Shown here in pieces: positions 35,101 through 46,011 of a stretch of DNA of 64,000 nt. The position numbers and the translations under genes were made by a program. Location of the stretch: positions 1 through 64,000 of the forward strand of contig CBFFRQ010000200.1 in assembly GCA_965644315.1 (NCBI GenBank), written 5' to 3'. The stretch's first letter is position 1; every line of letters begins with the position of its first letter. Below the pieces are notes generated by a model. The model saw only the letters and a program-made list of their open reading frames with translations. It did no database searches and was not told where the DNA came from. Origin of the DNA: Caecitellus pseudoparvulus. Its lineage: Eukaryota; Protista; Bigyra: Bicosoecida.

Positions 35101-35549
35101 AGGAGGCGGCCCACCTGCCAGCGTACGTGGCACAGGGCGCCCCCGCTGAGCGTGGGTCACCGACCGTCATCCCAGGTCTGCCCAGCTCAGTGCTGGACCA
35201 GCCTGCCTCGGCGCCCTCCCCCCCCGTGGCGGCCCCTGGGGGCCAGCGAGAGGGGGGTTTCCAGCGCTGGCGCCGGGCAGAGGCCAAGTCTGTGGCGCGC
35301 CGTAGAGCGCGCCTGCAGGCGGATGCGGCAGTGGCTCGAGCCGACGTGGCGCGGCGGCGGGCAGCAGCGCAGAGCGCCAAGGCCGCTGCGCGCAGTCAGG
35401 CTGCTCTGCGGCAGTCTGTGGGGCACAAGGATGCCGCCCTGCTGGAGGAGCTGCTGACTGGGCAGGGGCTGCCTGTCGCCACGGCCCGTGCTGCCAAGGC
35501 CAGGCACGGCTTCGCGCCACACATGGACAGGCGGGGGAGTGGGCAGTGA
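32136..35549 (+). CDS. Organelle-targeted PPR-like helical repeat protein with possible C-terminal SMR-like domain
   Basis: Arg-rich presequence-like MAAIRQIALRVLHRG; PPR-like FEGLLHACERARQPNRADALLAAMK and YWAAMDACG; INVTGLGGGAARCVVWDTL resembles the start of an SMR domain. Confidence 0.55.
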   Translation: MAAIRQIALRVLHRGNGHLGCLTLWPAALRSHACHGHVPHMSTASAAPRSMVQVLGELGQFLRNGSATNGKCSAPSVAGVVEAAKRCDGQGLQEAAEIARHPDTLAAHRVAAHAAVAVSGLRAGASSTEQAEGLKSMSALLWAIRGERGQSMRNARLAGAFQEALPHASAAFLAPILDAHSAGEGTFNTLQASLRLVLPLHEAGSQAPPATPDDVLQACCVVLAEGSGHCLPTAAPGTAQALAQDLIAAGTGRTCAASWSAAGLTAWLSALSELSPHATPSAPAAAVEAVVTAAQQQPADVQVEHFALAAACLVRGGLHTPSTPDAIVELCTVLAEWSGILHPQGTAAAALRPVDAAAAPHVLGNLLVMAAEGASESSHATRASALADSLQPFLTAPQAPTALSPLWDAALGAFVAWTAPAHLAELMQTLASRGLRCSTAGLRAVVAARGTASQRAFELKAHLADPASLPFPPPEGQGALQGAAADIEGQALAPPLRMLPEGGAGAGVASQALESGAIGGIEKGLTAVFHPPPQRQGSRGSPALAPVASGGQPAKPPTPPLPPAKAPLSVKFTQDQWQTVLAGALAITAHPLAVLEAAQTELHGGSEASADARLKSTGATVAATAPWAEAQYCQGIAALAVHAGQLAVEAAVAPATTAATTGQGSGVPPPSSRPTSSTAHALRLGMLPGHVPSCHRGPASQGPFPSDAEVWAPGLPVAQSPPGLAALWGGATTAPETALATDLRIVLAAAGAAGDVKRAVQVGDVLGALPGGLTSGDFEGLLHACERARQPNRADALLAAMKTATGGITPTAVASTVGAHLDSGNAYAGMAHLMTASTAGMALPERVYWAAMDACGDADAVGAVLDALQAGVEAGHARLAAVLGRLHPRGNINVTGLGGGAARCVVWDTLRALRRAAELGQDVPSQLRLHHRPRQAEPLEGTLLSLDPPLHSIQRVSASGLPYRWVPRESWLAWLTTPAAMDEEGEAWEEAAHLPAYVAQGAPAERGSPTVIPGLPSSVLDQPASAPSPPVAAPGGQREGGFQRWRRAEAKSVARRRARLQADAAVARADVARRRAAAQSAKAAARSQAALRQSVGHKDAALLEELLTGQGLPVATARAAKARHGFAPHMDRRGSGQ

Positions 35550-35562
35550 TGCTTCCTGCTGT

Positions 35563-35574
35563 AATGCATGCATT
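35563..35574. terminator. Palindromic AATGCATGCATT, candidate bidirectional 3'-end/polyadenylation signal
   Basis: Identical 12-mer in the 68-bp gap between the convergent PPR-like and URB1 stop codons. Confidence 0.55.
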
Positions 35575-35617
35575 GCAACGCTGACGCTGGGGCAAGCTGG
35601 GTGCACCCAGGTGCAAC

Positions 35618-38600
35618 TCAAGCCTTGCGCGCTTTCTTGGCCGATTTCTTGGCGGACTTTTTCGCGGACTTTTTCGCGGACTTTTTTGCAGACTTGGCGC
35701 TCGCGGGCGCTGCTGGCGTGGCCACTGCCTCGTCCTCACCGCGACGGCGCTTGGCGCCACCGACGGCGCCCGGCGTGCTGGGGGGTGCAATAGACGCAGC
35801 TGCTTGCACCTGCATGCCCACTGCCGGGGCGGCCGACAGGTGTGCCCCGCTGCCCCATGCCGCACGCACTTGGGCCAGCTCCAGAGCAGGCTGCGCGACC
35901 GCCGGCCACTCAGCGCCAGGGGACGCGTGGGGCCGAGATCGCGAGGCAGAGTGGCCCGTCAACAGGCCTTGCAGCGCCAGCACGTGCCCTGGGCTGGGTT
36001 GCCCAACGGCTTGCAGCAGAGCCGCAGCAGCAGGGGCATTCAGGTCGGCCCCTGCCGCACGCAGCAGGGCTGCCTGCTGTGGTGTCAGGTGCTGGGTCGG
36101 GAGGGCTAGGGCGGCGTGGACCAGGGCTCGTGGGGCGGCGGGGCAGGCAGCCGCAATGCTAGCACTGGCGCGGATGCCGGTGGGGGCCTGGGCGGCCACG
36201 GGCAGCAGAGTGCTGGCGGCTTGGGCGGCCAACTGTTCCGCCTCCGGCATCAGCTGTTCCTGGCCACAGCCGACGAGCGTGGTCAGGGCGTGCCCTGCCG
36301 CATCCAGCAGCCCAGCTGCCTGGGACGGCGGCTGGGGCACCCCGTGAGCCACCCACGCGCCTGCCGAGCCCACGAGGCCCAGCACTGCCAGCAGCGTGGG
36401 GGCCAGGAAGGCTGTGTGCGCGCTGCCAGTGGCGCTGCCCAGCACGGCGCCGGCCTGCTGCGCGATGCGGAGCAGGAGGCTGGTGTTGGGCAGGAAGGGG
36501 CGGTGCGTGCATGGGGTGGAGCCGGGCGCCGGTGCCAGCAGCACCTCCCCGCCGCCGAAGGCCGCCACCCAGTGCGCCTGGTGCAGCAGGAGGCGCAGGG
36601 CTGCCCCGGCCGTGTCCAGGGCAGAGGCGGCTGTGGCGATGGCGGTGGACAGGGTGCGGAGGCGAGCATCAGCTGCCGCTGCGGCGTTGTCGTCGCCCTC
36701 GCCGCCCTCGTCACCCCCTGCCTCGTCGTCGTCTTGCTCTGGGGTGGCGGTGCCCCCCTCCCCCTCCTCCTCCACAGCTCCCTCCAGTGTCAGGGCCACC
36801 TCCTCAGCCGCCAGGGCACTGACCATGTCCACCACTGCCAAGCGATCGGCCACGATGGCCAGAGCGCCCTCCAAGCACGCCTCCGCCAGCAGCCCATACT
36901 CAGCTCCAAGTGCTGAGATGCGCCTGTCAGTGGCTGCACTGTCCAGGGCTGGGGAGTGGGGTGGGGGTCCACGGGGGTCTGTGAACGGAGTTGCCAGTCC
37001 CAACAGCGAACTCTCCTTGCGGTGCACAAATTCGACAGAAGCCACGTACATGTGCTGCCCGGCAGCCAGCACCTGCTGCAGAGTGCGCAAGGCGCTGTCG
37101 GCGGCGGAGGAAGTCAGGCTCCCCGCAGACGAGCCGGTGGCCAGCTCTGCCAGGCGAGCGTGCAGGGTGGCTGACAGAGCAGCCAGGGCGCCGCTGTGCC
37201 GCCACATGGGCACGGCTGCCACCCCCACTCGCGGCCCCACAGTGCCAGGGGTGTCTGAGCGGTCCACACCATCAGCGTCTGTCGTCGTGGGCTCTGCTGC
37301 CTCAGTCTCTTCCTCACCGGCTGGGCTCTCACTCCCCGCGAGGTCCACGTCGTCATCATCATCGGAGTCTGAGCCGGAGTCTGAGCCGGAGTCTGAGCCG
37401 GAATCCGAGCCGGAGTCTGAGCCGGAGTCAGAAATCGCTGCTGACGGCTTGCCTGGTGCAGCAGCGATGAAGGGCACACGCAGGGCCGCCACTCTGGCCA
37501 GCAGGGCCAGGATCATGCTGCGGCCGTACGCATCGAGGTAGGGCGCCCCCAACATGGAGGTGAGGAGGCCGAGGCCAAAGCGACGCTGCAGGGCGTTCAC
37601 GTCTGCCGAGGCGTGCAGGGAGCGCGAGAGCAGGCGCAGGATCCAGCCACGGTGCCCCGTGACGTTGGCGCCGGTGGCGTGCAGGGTGGACATGAACATG
37701 GGCACGTCGCGGTGCGACAGGGCGCCCTCCGGCCGGCTGAGCAGGAACTTGGACACGTGTTCGTACATGGCCTTGTGGCTCTGCATGGCCAGCAGCAGGG
37801 CGTCGGCGATGAAGGCGGTGAGCGTGGAGGGCAGGCGCTGCAGGGGTGCCTGCACCGAGTTTCGCAAAACCGTCAGCACGAGCTGCACCTGCGTGCGCTC
37901 CCGGAAGCCCACCTGCTCTGCTGGCTCCACGGCCCGCAGGTACGTGGTCAGCACACCGTACGCCGCCTCTCGCGTGGATAGGCGTGCTGAGGACAGGAAC
38001 ATGGTCACGAGGGAGAGCAGGCCGGATGAGACGAACTTAGGCAGGGGGGCGCCGGCATCCGCCAGGGCAAATCCCACTGCAGGCAGGATGTAGGACGGGT
38101 CGTACACCGAGTTGGCAGTGTGGCTGGCCGGCAGTAGCGCCCTGAAGGCGCCGGCGTGGGCGCTGGAGGCGCCGTGCGTGGCGCCGTGTCCCCCTCGCAG
38201 CGACGCGCCACTGCCGGGAGCTGGGTTGAGGGCAGTGAGGGCGGCGGCAGAGGCAGGCGGCAGGGCGTGGTGGAAGATGTCGTGGAAGACGTCTTGCCCC
38301 GGGACTGCCGTGGGGTGGGAGGTGAGGCCTGGCAGGCGGGTGGCCGGGGCCATGTCGCTGTGGCGCGCGGGGGACAGAAGGCCCGCGCCCTCCTCCACCG
38401 CATCCTCCACCACCTCGTCCTTCACGCCACGGTAGATGGGCAGGTGGGCCATGGTGGCCTGCAGGCGCGCCCAGGACAGGCCCAGGGTGGCGCCGTCTGC
38501 CGACCCCCCCGCCAGGGCAAACAGCCACTCCATACTGTCATCCCGCACATCCAAGCGGGTGGAGGAGCGTAGGGCACGGGTGTCCACTGCAGCGAGGGGG

Positions 38601-41600
38601 GACAGGTGCACTGGGGGCGGTAGGGCCCACTCGGAGGCGTTGGGCGCCCAGCTCACCACCTTGTCTTTCACGCGCCCCCCGCCGACACAGCCTAGGGCGG
38701 CGAGGAGGAGCGGGTCCACCTGGGCCAGGGCCGGCTCCTCTTCAGACAGCAGGCTCTGCCCCGCCACGGCCAGGGCTGACGGGGAGGCGAAGGGGATGGC
38801 TGCTGCCCCCCAGCGCCAGTAGATCTTGGCAGGGGACACGCCAGCCCGCGTGCAGGCCTGCAGAGCACGGCGGATGAGGCGGTCCGCTAGGGACAGGCTG
38901 GCGCCGTAGGCTGCTTGGAGGAGGGCGGCCAGGGGGGCCGTCGCCAGGGTCTCCTCGTCTGCCAGCACGCAGCGCAGCAAGAGCTGCAGCAGGGGCAGCA
39001 CACGCCCCTCGCGGTGAGCCTGCCCTGTTGCCCCAGCGCCTGCCAGCTCCACGCCACTTGTGGGCTGCCCCGTCACCAGGACGGGCAGCAGCTGTTCCGT
39101 CGTGAGCAGTGCGAACAGGGCATGGGCGGAGAGGGCAGGGGGGTGCCCCTCCTGCACGTGGGGTGGGCCCAGAGCGGACACACCAGGAACGAGCGTCGCC
39201 AGTAAGAGGCGCGCAGATGCCAAGGCAGCACAGGTGCCTGGCGGCAGCAGCAGCGCGTCTGGGGACGGCGGTGGGCCGTCTGTCAGCCCCTCGCTCAGGC
39301 CGGCCAGGGCCAGGAGGGTGGACCCCAGCTCCGCCACGGCGTCGGCATTGCGGCCCAGGGCGGGAGGGATGTCGCTGCGCCCCAGCAGAGTGTGCAGGGT
39401 GGCGGCGGCCGAGTGTACATCAGCTGCGAGGCGAGCAAAGGCTGCAGGGGGCAGGGGCAGCCCTGCGCCCTCCGTCGAAGGCCGCGCCACCACCCCCGTG
39501 CAGGAGGCAGCCTGTGTCAGAAGCAGGGCAGGCAGGCCCTCCCGCAGGACACAGGCAGCAGCCAGGGCGGCGTGGCACAGCACCTCCACATCTTCCTCCC
39601 GTGCCGCTAGCACCAGGGCAGCGGTGGAGGCCAGCGGCGTGGGCGTGTGCATGGTCAAGTGCTCGCCCAAAGCGGTTGGGGCGGGCAGTGGCAGAGGGGG
39701 CGACGCCCGCGCTGCCTGGAGCAAGGCCCGCACCGCTGCCCTGCAGGGGGCTGCGAGGGGGGGGTGCCCGCCCAGCCCGCCCACTGCCCGCAGCAAGAGG
39801 GGGTCAATGTGCACAAGGTCCGTGGCGAGGGGCGTGGAGGGGGGGTCTGCGCCGCTCCACGCGCCCTCTGCCACCACCCCCTGCACAGCCACCGCCAGGG
39901 ACAGCAGGCACGTGGCAGAGGGTGGGGACAGAGCCCACGGTGCGACACGTGCTGCCCGGAGCAGGGCAGGCAGCAGGGCCACGGCAGAGGCAGAGGCGAC
40001 GGTGTCACTGCCGCTGGCCAGGACGGCCCAGTCGCCCTGGAGCAGGGCCGGCACCACCTCTGCCGCGCGGGTCTCTGCCCGCTGCAGCAGTGTGAGGGAG
40101 AGGCTTGCGAAGCGCCCGATGGCGGCGGCCGAGGGGCCGTGGGTGGTGGCGAGGGAGCCAGCCAGTGCCACGGCGCCGGGGACTGCCTCGGAGCCCGCGA
40201 CCTGGGCGTTGGCGGTGGCGTCAGCCAGGGCGGCGGGCAGGGTGTGGGCGCCGAGCAGGGCGCGTGTGGCGCTGACGGCAGCGTGGGGGGCGGTGGAAGG
40301 TGCGGGAGCCCCCACACACTCAGCCACAGCAGTGCGCAGTTGGGACACAGCTGCCACGAGGGGTGGCGGCAGGCCCGCCGCCGGCGTGGACACCAGGGCC
40401 AGGAAGGGGGACACGCCGCCCTCGCGGCTCGTCACGAGGGCAGGTAGCACCAGCCACCCACCCGCCGACACAGCCGCCGTCACAGCTGCCACGCCCTGCA
40501 CGGCAGCTGCGCAAGTGTCGCTGGGCGCAGTGGGCTGCAGCTGGCCGAGTGCCTCGTGCAGGACGTGGTTCACGGCAGTGCACACGACCTGAGGTCGTGC
40601 CCGCGTCACCCGTGCCGCCTCCAGCGCCAGCACCCGTGCCGCCAGGGGCAGGGGCACCTTGGTGCTCTGCAGGCCTCGCAGCAAGTGCGTCAGCAGCACT
40701 TCAGCGCGGGCAGTGTGTCGGCCACTGGCAGTGCCAGGGGCTGGCGATGGCCCGCCACTGCGGGGGGCGGTGTCCAGGACACTGGCCACCAGTCCCGCCA
40801 CGGCGCCCCATGCCGCTGGAGGCAGGGCGGCGTCGGCCTCCAGCGCTGCCAGGGCCTCCTGCAGCAGCAGCTCCGTGAGGCAGGCCAGTGCTCGGCGGTG
40901 GGCGGGGGAGTGGCCTGATCGGCCCACACGGCCCTGGGCAGGGGGTGGCGCCAGCACCCGCTGCACGAGGGTGGTCAGCACTGCCGCTCCGGTGGGTGTG
41001 CTGGCCTGTGCGAGGGCCGCCCGTGCCGCGGCCATGAAGGCGCCCACCGTGCCAGGTGACAGGCTGACACTGGACACGGTGGCCAGCAGGCGGCGGTGTC
41101 CCTTGAGCAGCTGCAGGGCGGTGATGCCGGCCACCACTTCGGGGGCCAGGCCGGCAGAGAGGGCGACGAGGGGGGGTACCGCCGCCATGGCCCGGCGCCC
41201 GGCATCCCGCAGACCAGCCACGAGGGCCGTGGCGTTGTCCTCTTCTGGATGCGCCAGACACCGTGCCACGAGGGCGGCCTGGGGTCCATCAGTGGGCAGC
41301 AGCTCCGCCGCTCCCCGCAGCAGAGCTGGCACTGCGTCCGTGACGGCAGAGGGGGACGCCAGGTCTGCCAGGGTGGACAGGGGGCGGCTGCAGCCTGGCT
41401 GGCGGGCAGGGAGGAGGGCGGCGAGGGCCGCCGCCACACCCCCCGCCACCACCTTGGGACTGCCCCCCCCCACCAGCAACAGGGACACCAGGGCGGCCTG
41501 CTGTGCGGAGGCGGCCGCGCCCCCCACGAGCGTGGCAGTGAAGAGGGCTGTGGCTGCAGTGCGACAGGCTGGCAGGGCGGTGGGGTTCGCGCTGGCCCGG

Positions 41601-44600
41601 GAGGTGGCATGGATGCTCTCCTGCACGGCGGCTTGCGAGGGCAGTGCAGGGGGTGCCACCCCCACCACGCCGTCCGCCAGGCCCAGGCCCCCTGCGATGG
41701 CGCCCAGGGCGGTGCGGGCCACGGCGAGGGAGAGGGGGGTGGGGGCGGGGAACCCTGCCGCCACAGCACCCTCTCCCGCACCGTCGTCGTCGCTGTCGGA
41801 GTCGCCCGTGGCGGAAGGGGGGGCCAGGGCGCCCAGGCCGGCGCCGAGCCATGCCAAGGCGTCGGCAGCTGCGACCTGCTGCGCGTACCCCGCGACGAGG
41901 AGCAGCACCGCCCCCGCCGCCTGGGGTGCACACCGCACGATGGACACGGCTCGCCCCACGGCCGCCTGGAACGCTTTCGACTGCACGGCAGACATGTGTG
42001 TGCGCCCTGAGGCGAAGGATGCGACAGAGGCCCCTCCGCTGGGCGCCTCCCCTTGGTCGCCCTCCGGCGTCGGCTCCCCCACGGCGGTGACGGCAGCCAC
42101 CAGCACGGCCAGAGCCAGCGGCACGAGGGGTGCGCAGACAGCACCCAGTACTCGCTGCTGAGCGGCGAGGAGGGGCTGCAGGGCGTACAGCGTGTACCGG
42201 ACAGGGTGTGGCATGGTGCCTGCGACGCTTGCGAGGTACCCGACTTCCTCAGCGCCCACGACACCAAGCGCGCCGAGGGCCACGGTGAGCGCGTGAAACA
42301 CCGACGAAACGCTGCCTTCCAGACTCGCCTCAGCGGCCTCCTGCACGAGGGAAGCTGGGGACACTGCACCGCTGAGCATGCCCAGAGCAAGGGCTGTGGT
42401 GGTGGAGGAGGGTACGGTGGCGGTGGGTGCGACGAGGCCCATGACGACACTGGCCTCACTGGGCAGCACCCAGCCTGCGCCGGCCGAGGGCAGCGCAGCG
42501 GCAGCCGCCACCCACGAGTCAGGGGCAGCCTCCTGCTGGGCCTGGGAGGCTGCGAGGGATGCCAGTACGGCGTCGTGGGCGGGTGCGGCGTCTGCGGGCG
42601 GGGGTGGCCCGGCAGTGGTCAGGGCCAGGGGGTCCCCACTCGCGGCGCCGTACTGTGTGAGAACACGGAACACGGCTTGAAACGCAGCAGTGCGCACAGG
42701 TGCGGGGCGGGAGGGCGCCAGGAGGGCCAGGCTGGCGCTGAACGCATCAGCGGCGCCGCCCAGCCCCGCCCCCGCCAGCGTGGCCCAGCTGCTCAGGCGC
42801 CCCCCCACAGAGTAAGGCGGGTGCAGACCCTGAGACGCCAGCACTGTGTGGCGGCGGGCCAGGGTGTCTGTGGCGGCGCCGTCAGGCAACATGGCGGAGG
42901 CAGCCCGCAGGACAGCTGCCTGCAGGGCGGGGGGCGCGTCGAGAAACGCAGCATACGCGGAGTCACTGCGCCCGCCGGCGCCGCCGCCTGGGCCCATGGT
43001 GAGGAGGGACGGCCACTGGAATCCCTGGCCCGCCGCCACCGCAGGCAGGGCCTGTGGCAGAGCGGCCAGTGCTGACGCCAGTGTGGCCAGGAGAGTGGCT
43101 GCGACGGGGGCAGGCAGGTCGCTGCCACCGCCCCACTCAGCACCCCCCTCCGCCACCGGCTTGGTCATGAGTGCGTGCAACTCCTCAGCAGGTGGCATGG
43201 TGGTGCCAGGCGCTGCAGCCGCCAGCGCCTTGGCTGGTGCTGCTCGTGCGTTGAGCAGGGTGCTGAGGGGGGGCAGTGCCGCCGCCACGCCCTCCCGCAG
43301 CGCAGCTGTGAGCACCCCTGCCAAGGCACTGGCGAGCTGGTGCTGCTGGGCCAAGGATAGTGGGGGGGTGGCACCCCCCCCTGCCCGTTCCGCTGCTGCT
43401 GCGACCGCCGCCGCCACACACTGCTCCGCGAGGGTGGTCGTGGCAGCTGCCACCTCTGCCGTGCGTTTCAGGATGCTGGCGATGAGCTGCAGCGTTGTGA
43501 AACGCACCAGGGGCACGGCGTGCAGGACACCCTTGGTGAGTGCCCCGCGTGCCGTGCCGCCTGGCAGGGTTATGGCGACGAGGCTGGTCGCTAAGCGACC
43601 TGCCACAGCGGCGAAGGAGGGGGGGGGCTGCAGCCCCCCCCCCTCCCCCGACGGCAGCACCACGCCGCCCAGGCGCAGGGCAGAGGAGACGGCGGATGGC
43701 AGGCGGCGGGTGGTGGCGGTGGGGCCCCGCTCTGTGGCGGGTGCGCAGTCCACGCCGCCCGCCACCTGCCGTGCCGCGGAGGTGATCGCGGCGAGCACCT
43801 CCCCGTTGGTGGCTGCGGTGAGGGTGCGGGGGGTGATGGGGGCGGCCATGAGGGAGAGGAGGAGGGCGGCGACGGACAACCACTTGTCCGAGTGCCGAGG
43901 TTCAACTGCAAGTGGGAACGACGACAGGAACGCCGGCAGCGCTGCCGGGTGTGCCACCAGGCTAGCCTTGAGCAGTTCGGCTTGCAGCGCGTCGTCTGCC
44001 GCCTTCAATTTCCGCAGCAACGCCACCAGCGCCGACCGCGCGGCGGGCGACACGGTCGCGTCGCTGGTCGCAGCGACCCCCGCCGCGCCGCCCAAGTTCG
44101 TCGTCGCGCGGCGCTTGTGGAAGATGCTGCCGGGAATGGCGGCCGTCGCGTCAGACGGCGTGTGGCTGATGGCTGCCGGCAGTGTGGAGGGGTGCAGGGG
44201 GGCGCCCCCCACCACGTGCCGAGTCAGAGCGTGCACGAGCGACCGCACCTCAACGGCTGCCGTGGCGTCGCCGCGGTACCGCGCCCCACGCACGCGCTGT
44301 GTCAAGACAATGGCCGGCGTCCAGAGAGTGGCCACAGCCCAGGCATGGCTGCCTGGGTGGGCTGGCGCGTCAGTGGACGTACCTGGGCTCAGCGTGGCAT
44401 AGGCTGGTGCGTGCACGAGCATGTGTTTGTGTCGGTCGTAGGCTGACAGGAGCGGCGACAGCAGGCCGTGGCGCTGGGCTGTGCGTGTTCCGGCTGCGCT
44501 GGCAGTGGCGCCGGGGGCGATGGCGACCCCCCCCTTCCATCCCATGGCCAGCAGAGTGCGAGCGACGCCAGGCGACACACGGGGGTGGGCTGCGATGCAG

Positions 44601-45712
44601 TGCAGGAGAGTGGCGCACCACTCCTGGATGGCGCTGGGGTCGTCGTGTTCCGTGTTCCCGCCGACGGCCGCGAGCAGGTCGCGTGCGCCGAGCACGGCGT
44701 GTGCGACGTCCCCAGCGCCGCTCGCCAGCAGGCGACACAGCAGCCGCACACACCACGCCCGCACATCGTCCCCGGGAGGACCCCCCCCCACACCCCCCGC
44801 TGCGACGGCCGCCTTGGCCTTGCGCCGTGTGAACTTGGACTTGGACTTGAGGCCGCGCAGGGAAGCTGAGGCGGCGGCACGGCCTGCCTTCACGCTGGCG
44901 TCGAAACGCCCTCGCATGCCGGCCATGGCCAGGAAGGCTGGGGCGGAGAGGGGCACCTTGGAGATGAGTTCGCGGGCCGTGGCGCCGTTCAAGGCGGCCA
45001 GGCCGGCCATGAGCTTGGTCGTCGCGCGAATGAGGTGCGGTGACGTGCTGGCGATGTTGCCAGACAGGCGGTCTGCGTGCTCGCGCAGCAGGCGCTTGGC
45101 CACGCCCACGGCAACCGGACGAGGGGAGTGCACGATGAGCAGGGACAGGAACTCCATCAGCGCAATGGCGAGCATGGACGTGCTTCTCTGCGGGGCAGGC
45201 GGCGCGGGGGGCAGCAGTGTGGCGGCGCTGGTGCTTGCTGCGCGCCGGAACAAAGACCGAAACTCCCGCGAAACGCACCCTCGGCACTCCCGACAGCTGT
45301 GTGAACACCTCTGCGCACTGTGGCGAGCTGCGAGTGTAGGACAGCAGCAGTCCCTTGCTTGGACGCAAGTCTGGCCGCCACAGCGACATGAGCGTGCTTG
45401 CGCTGCCGTCTGCGCCGCCAGTCGTGCCGGCCTCAGTCAGGCGCGCCGCGACAGCTTCCGCCACCTGCCCTTGAATCGTGTCGATAGCCTCCCACAGACC
45501 TGCAGCGGGCGCACAGGTGCGTGCAAAGACAGGACAACAGCAGGCCCTCTTCGTGGGCACCCCTCACCATCTGCCACCTTCTCCGCTTCATCTGCGTTCA
45601 GCAAGGACTGCAGCTGGCCCAGGCTCATGAAGTAGGTCTGGCCATCGCCCGCCTTCTGGCTATGGAAGGCGGCAGCCGCCGCCGTGCCGCTGGCTGCTCC
45701 CAGCTCCGCCAT
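35618..45712 (-). CDS. URB1: Nucleolar pre-ribosome-associated protein URB1/Npa1
   Basis: 3211-aa ORF plus upstream exons (ATG 45712). N-terminal Npa1-like helical region (SYTRSSPQCAE in the upstream exon), YGASLSLAD, YDPSYILP, FRERTQVQLVL and DVPMF motifs; Lys-rich C-terminal tail. Confidence 0.8.
35634..35693 (-). repeat. 12-bp coding tandem repeat (KKSA)n
   Basis: ttcttggccgat/ttcttggcggac/tttttcgcggac... encodes SAKKSAKKSAKKSAKK at the URB1 C-terminus. Confidence 0.85.
37363..37430 (-). repeat. 12-bp coding tandem repeat (SDSG)n
   Basis: About 5.5 copies of ccggagtctgag inside URB1. Confidence 0.9.
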
Positions 45713-46011
45713 GGCGGCTCCTTCGTGGTATGCGTGCAGGCTTGTGGGGTGGCCCTCACCTGCTTGTGCTGGGGCCTGTCTGCGGCTGCGTGGGAATGTG
45801 AACAGGGCGGCGGAGTGCCACGCGCCTGCTATGTCGTCGGCACTCCCCATGACGGCACACTACCCGACGCACCACAACACAGCACATCCGTGGTGGCTCG
45901 TCGCTCCCCTCGCGCCCCGTCCCCGCACGCAGACTTCCCTGCTCCCCCCCTCCGCACAGCAGTGCCTGCCGCCAGCGCACCTCGCCAGCCACGCACCACA
46001 TGCTCACCGCC

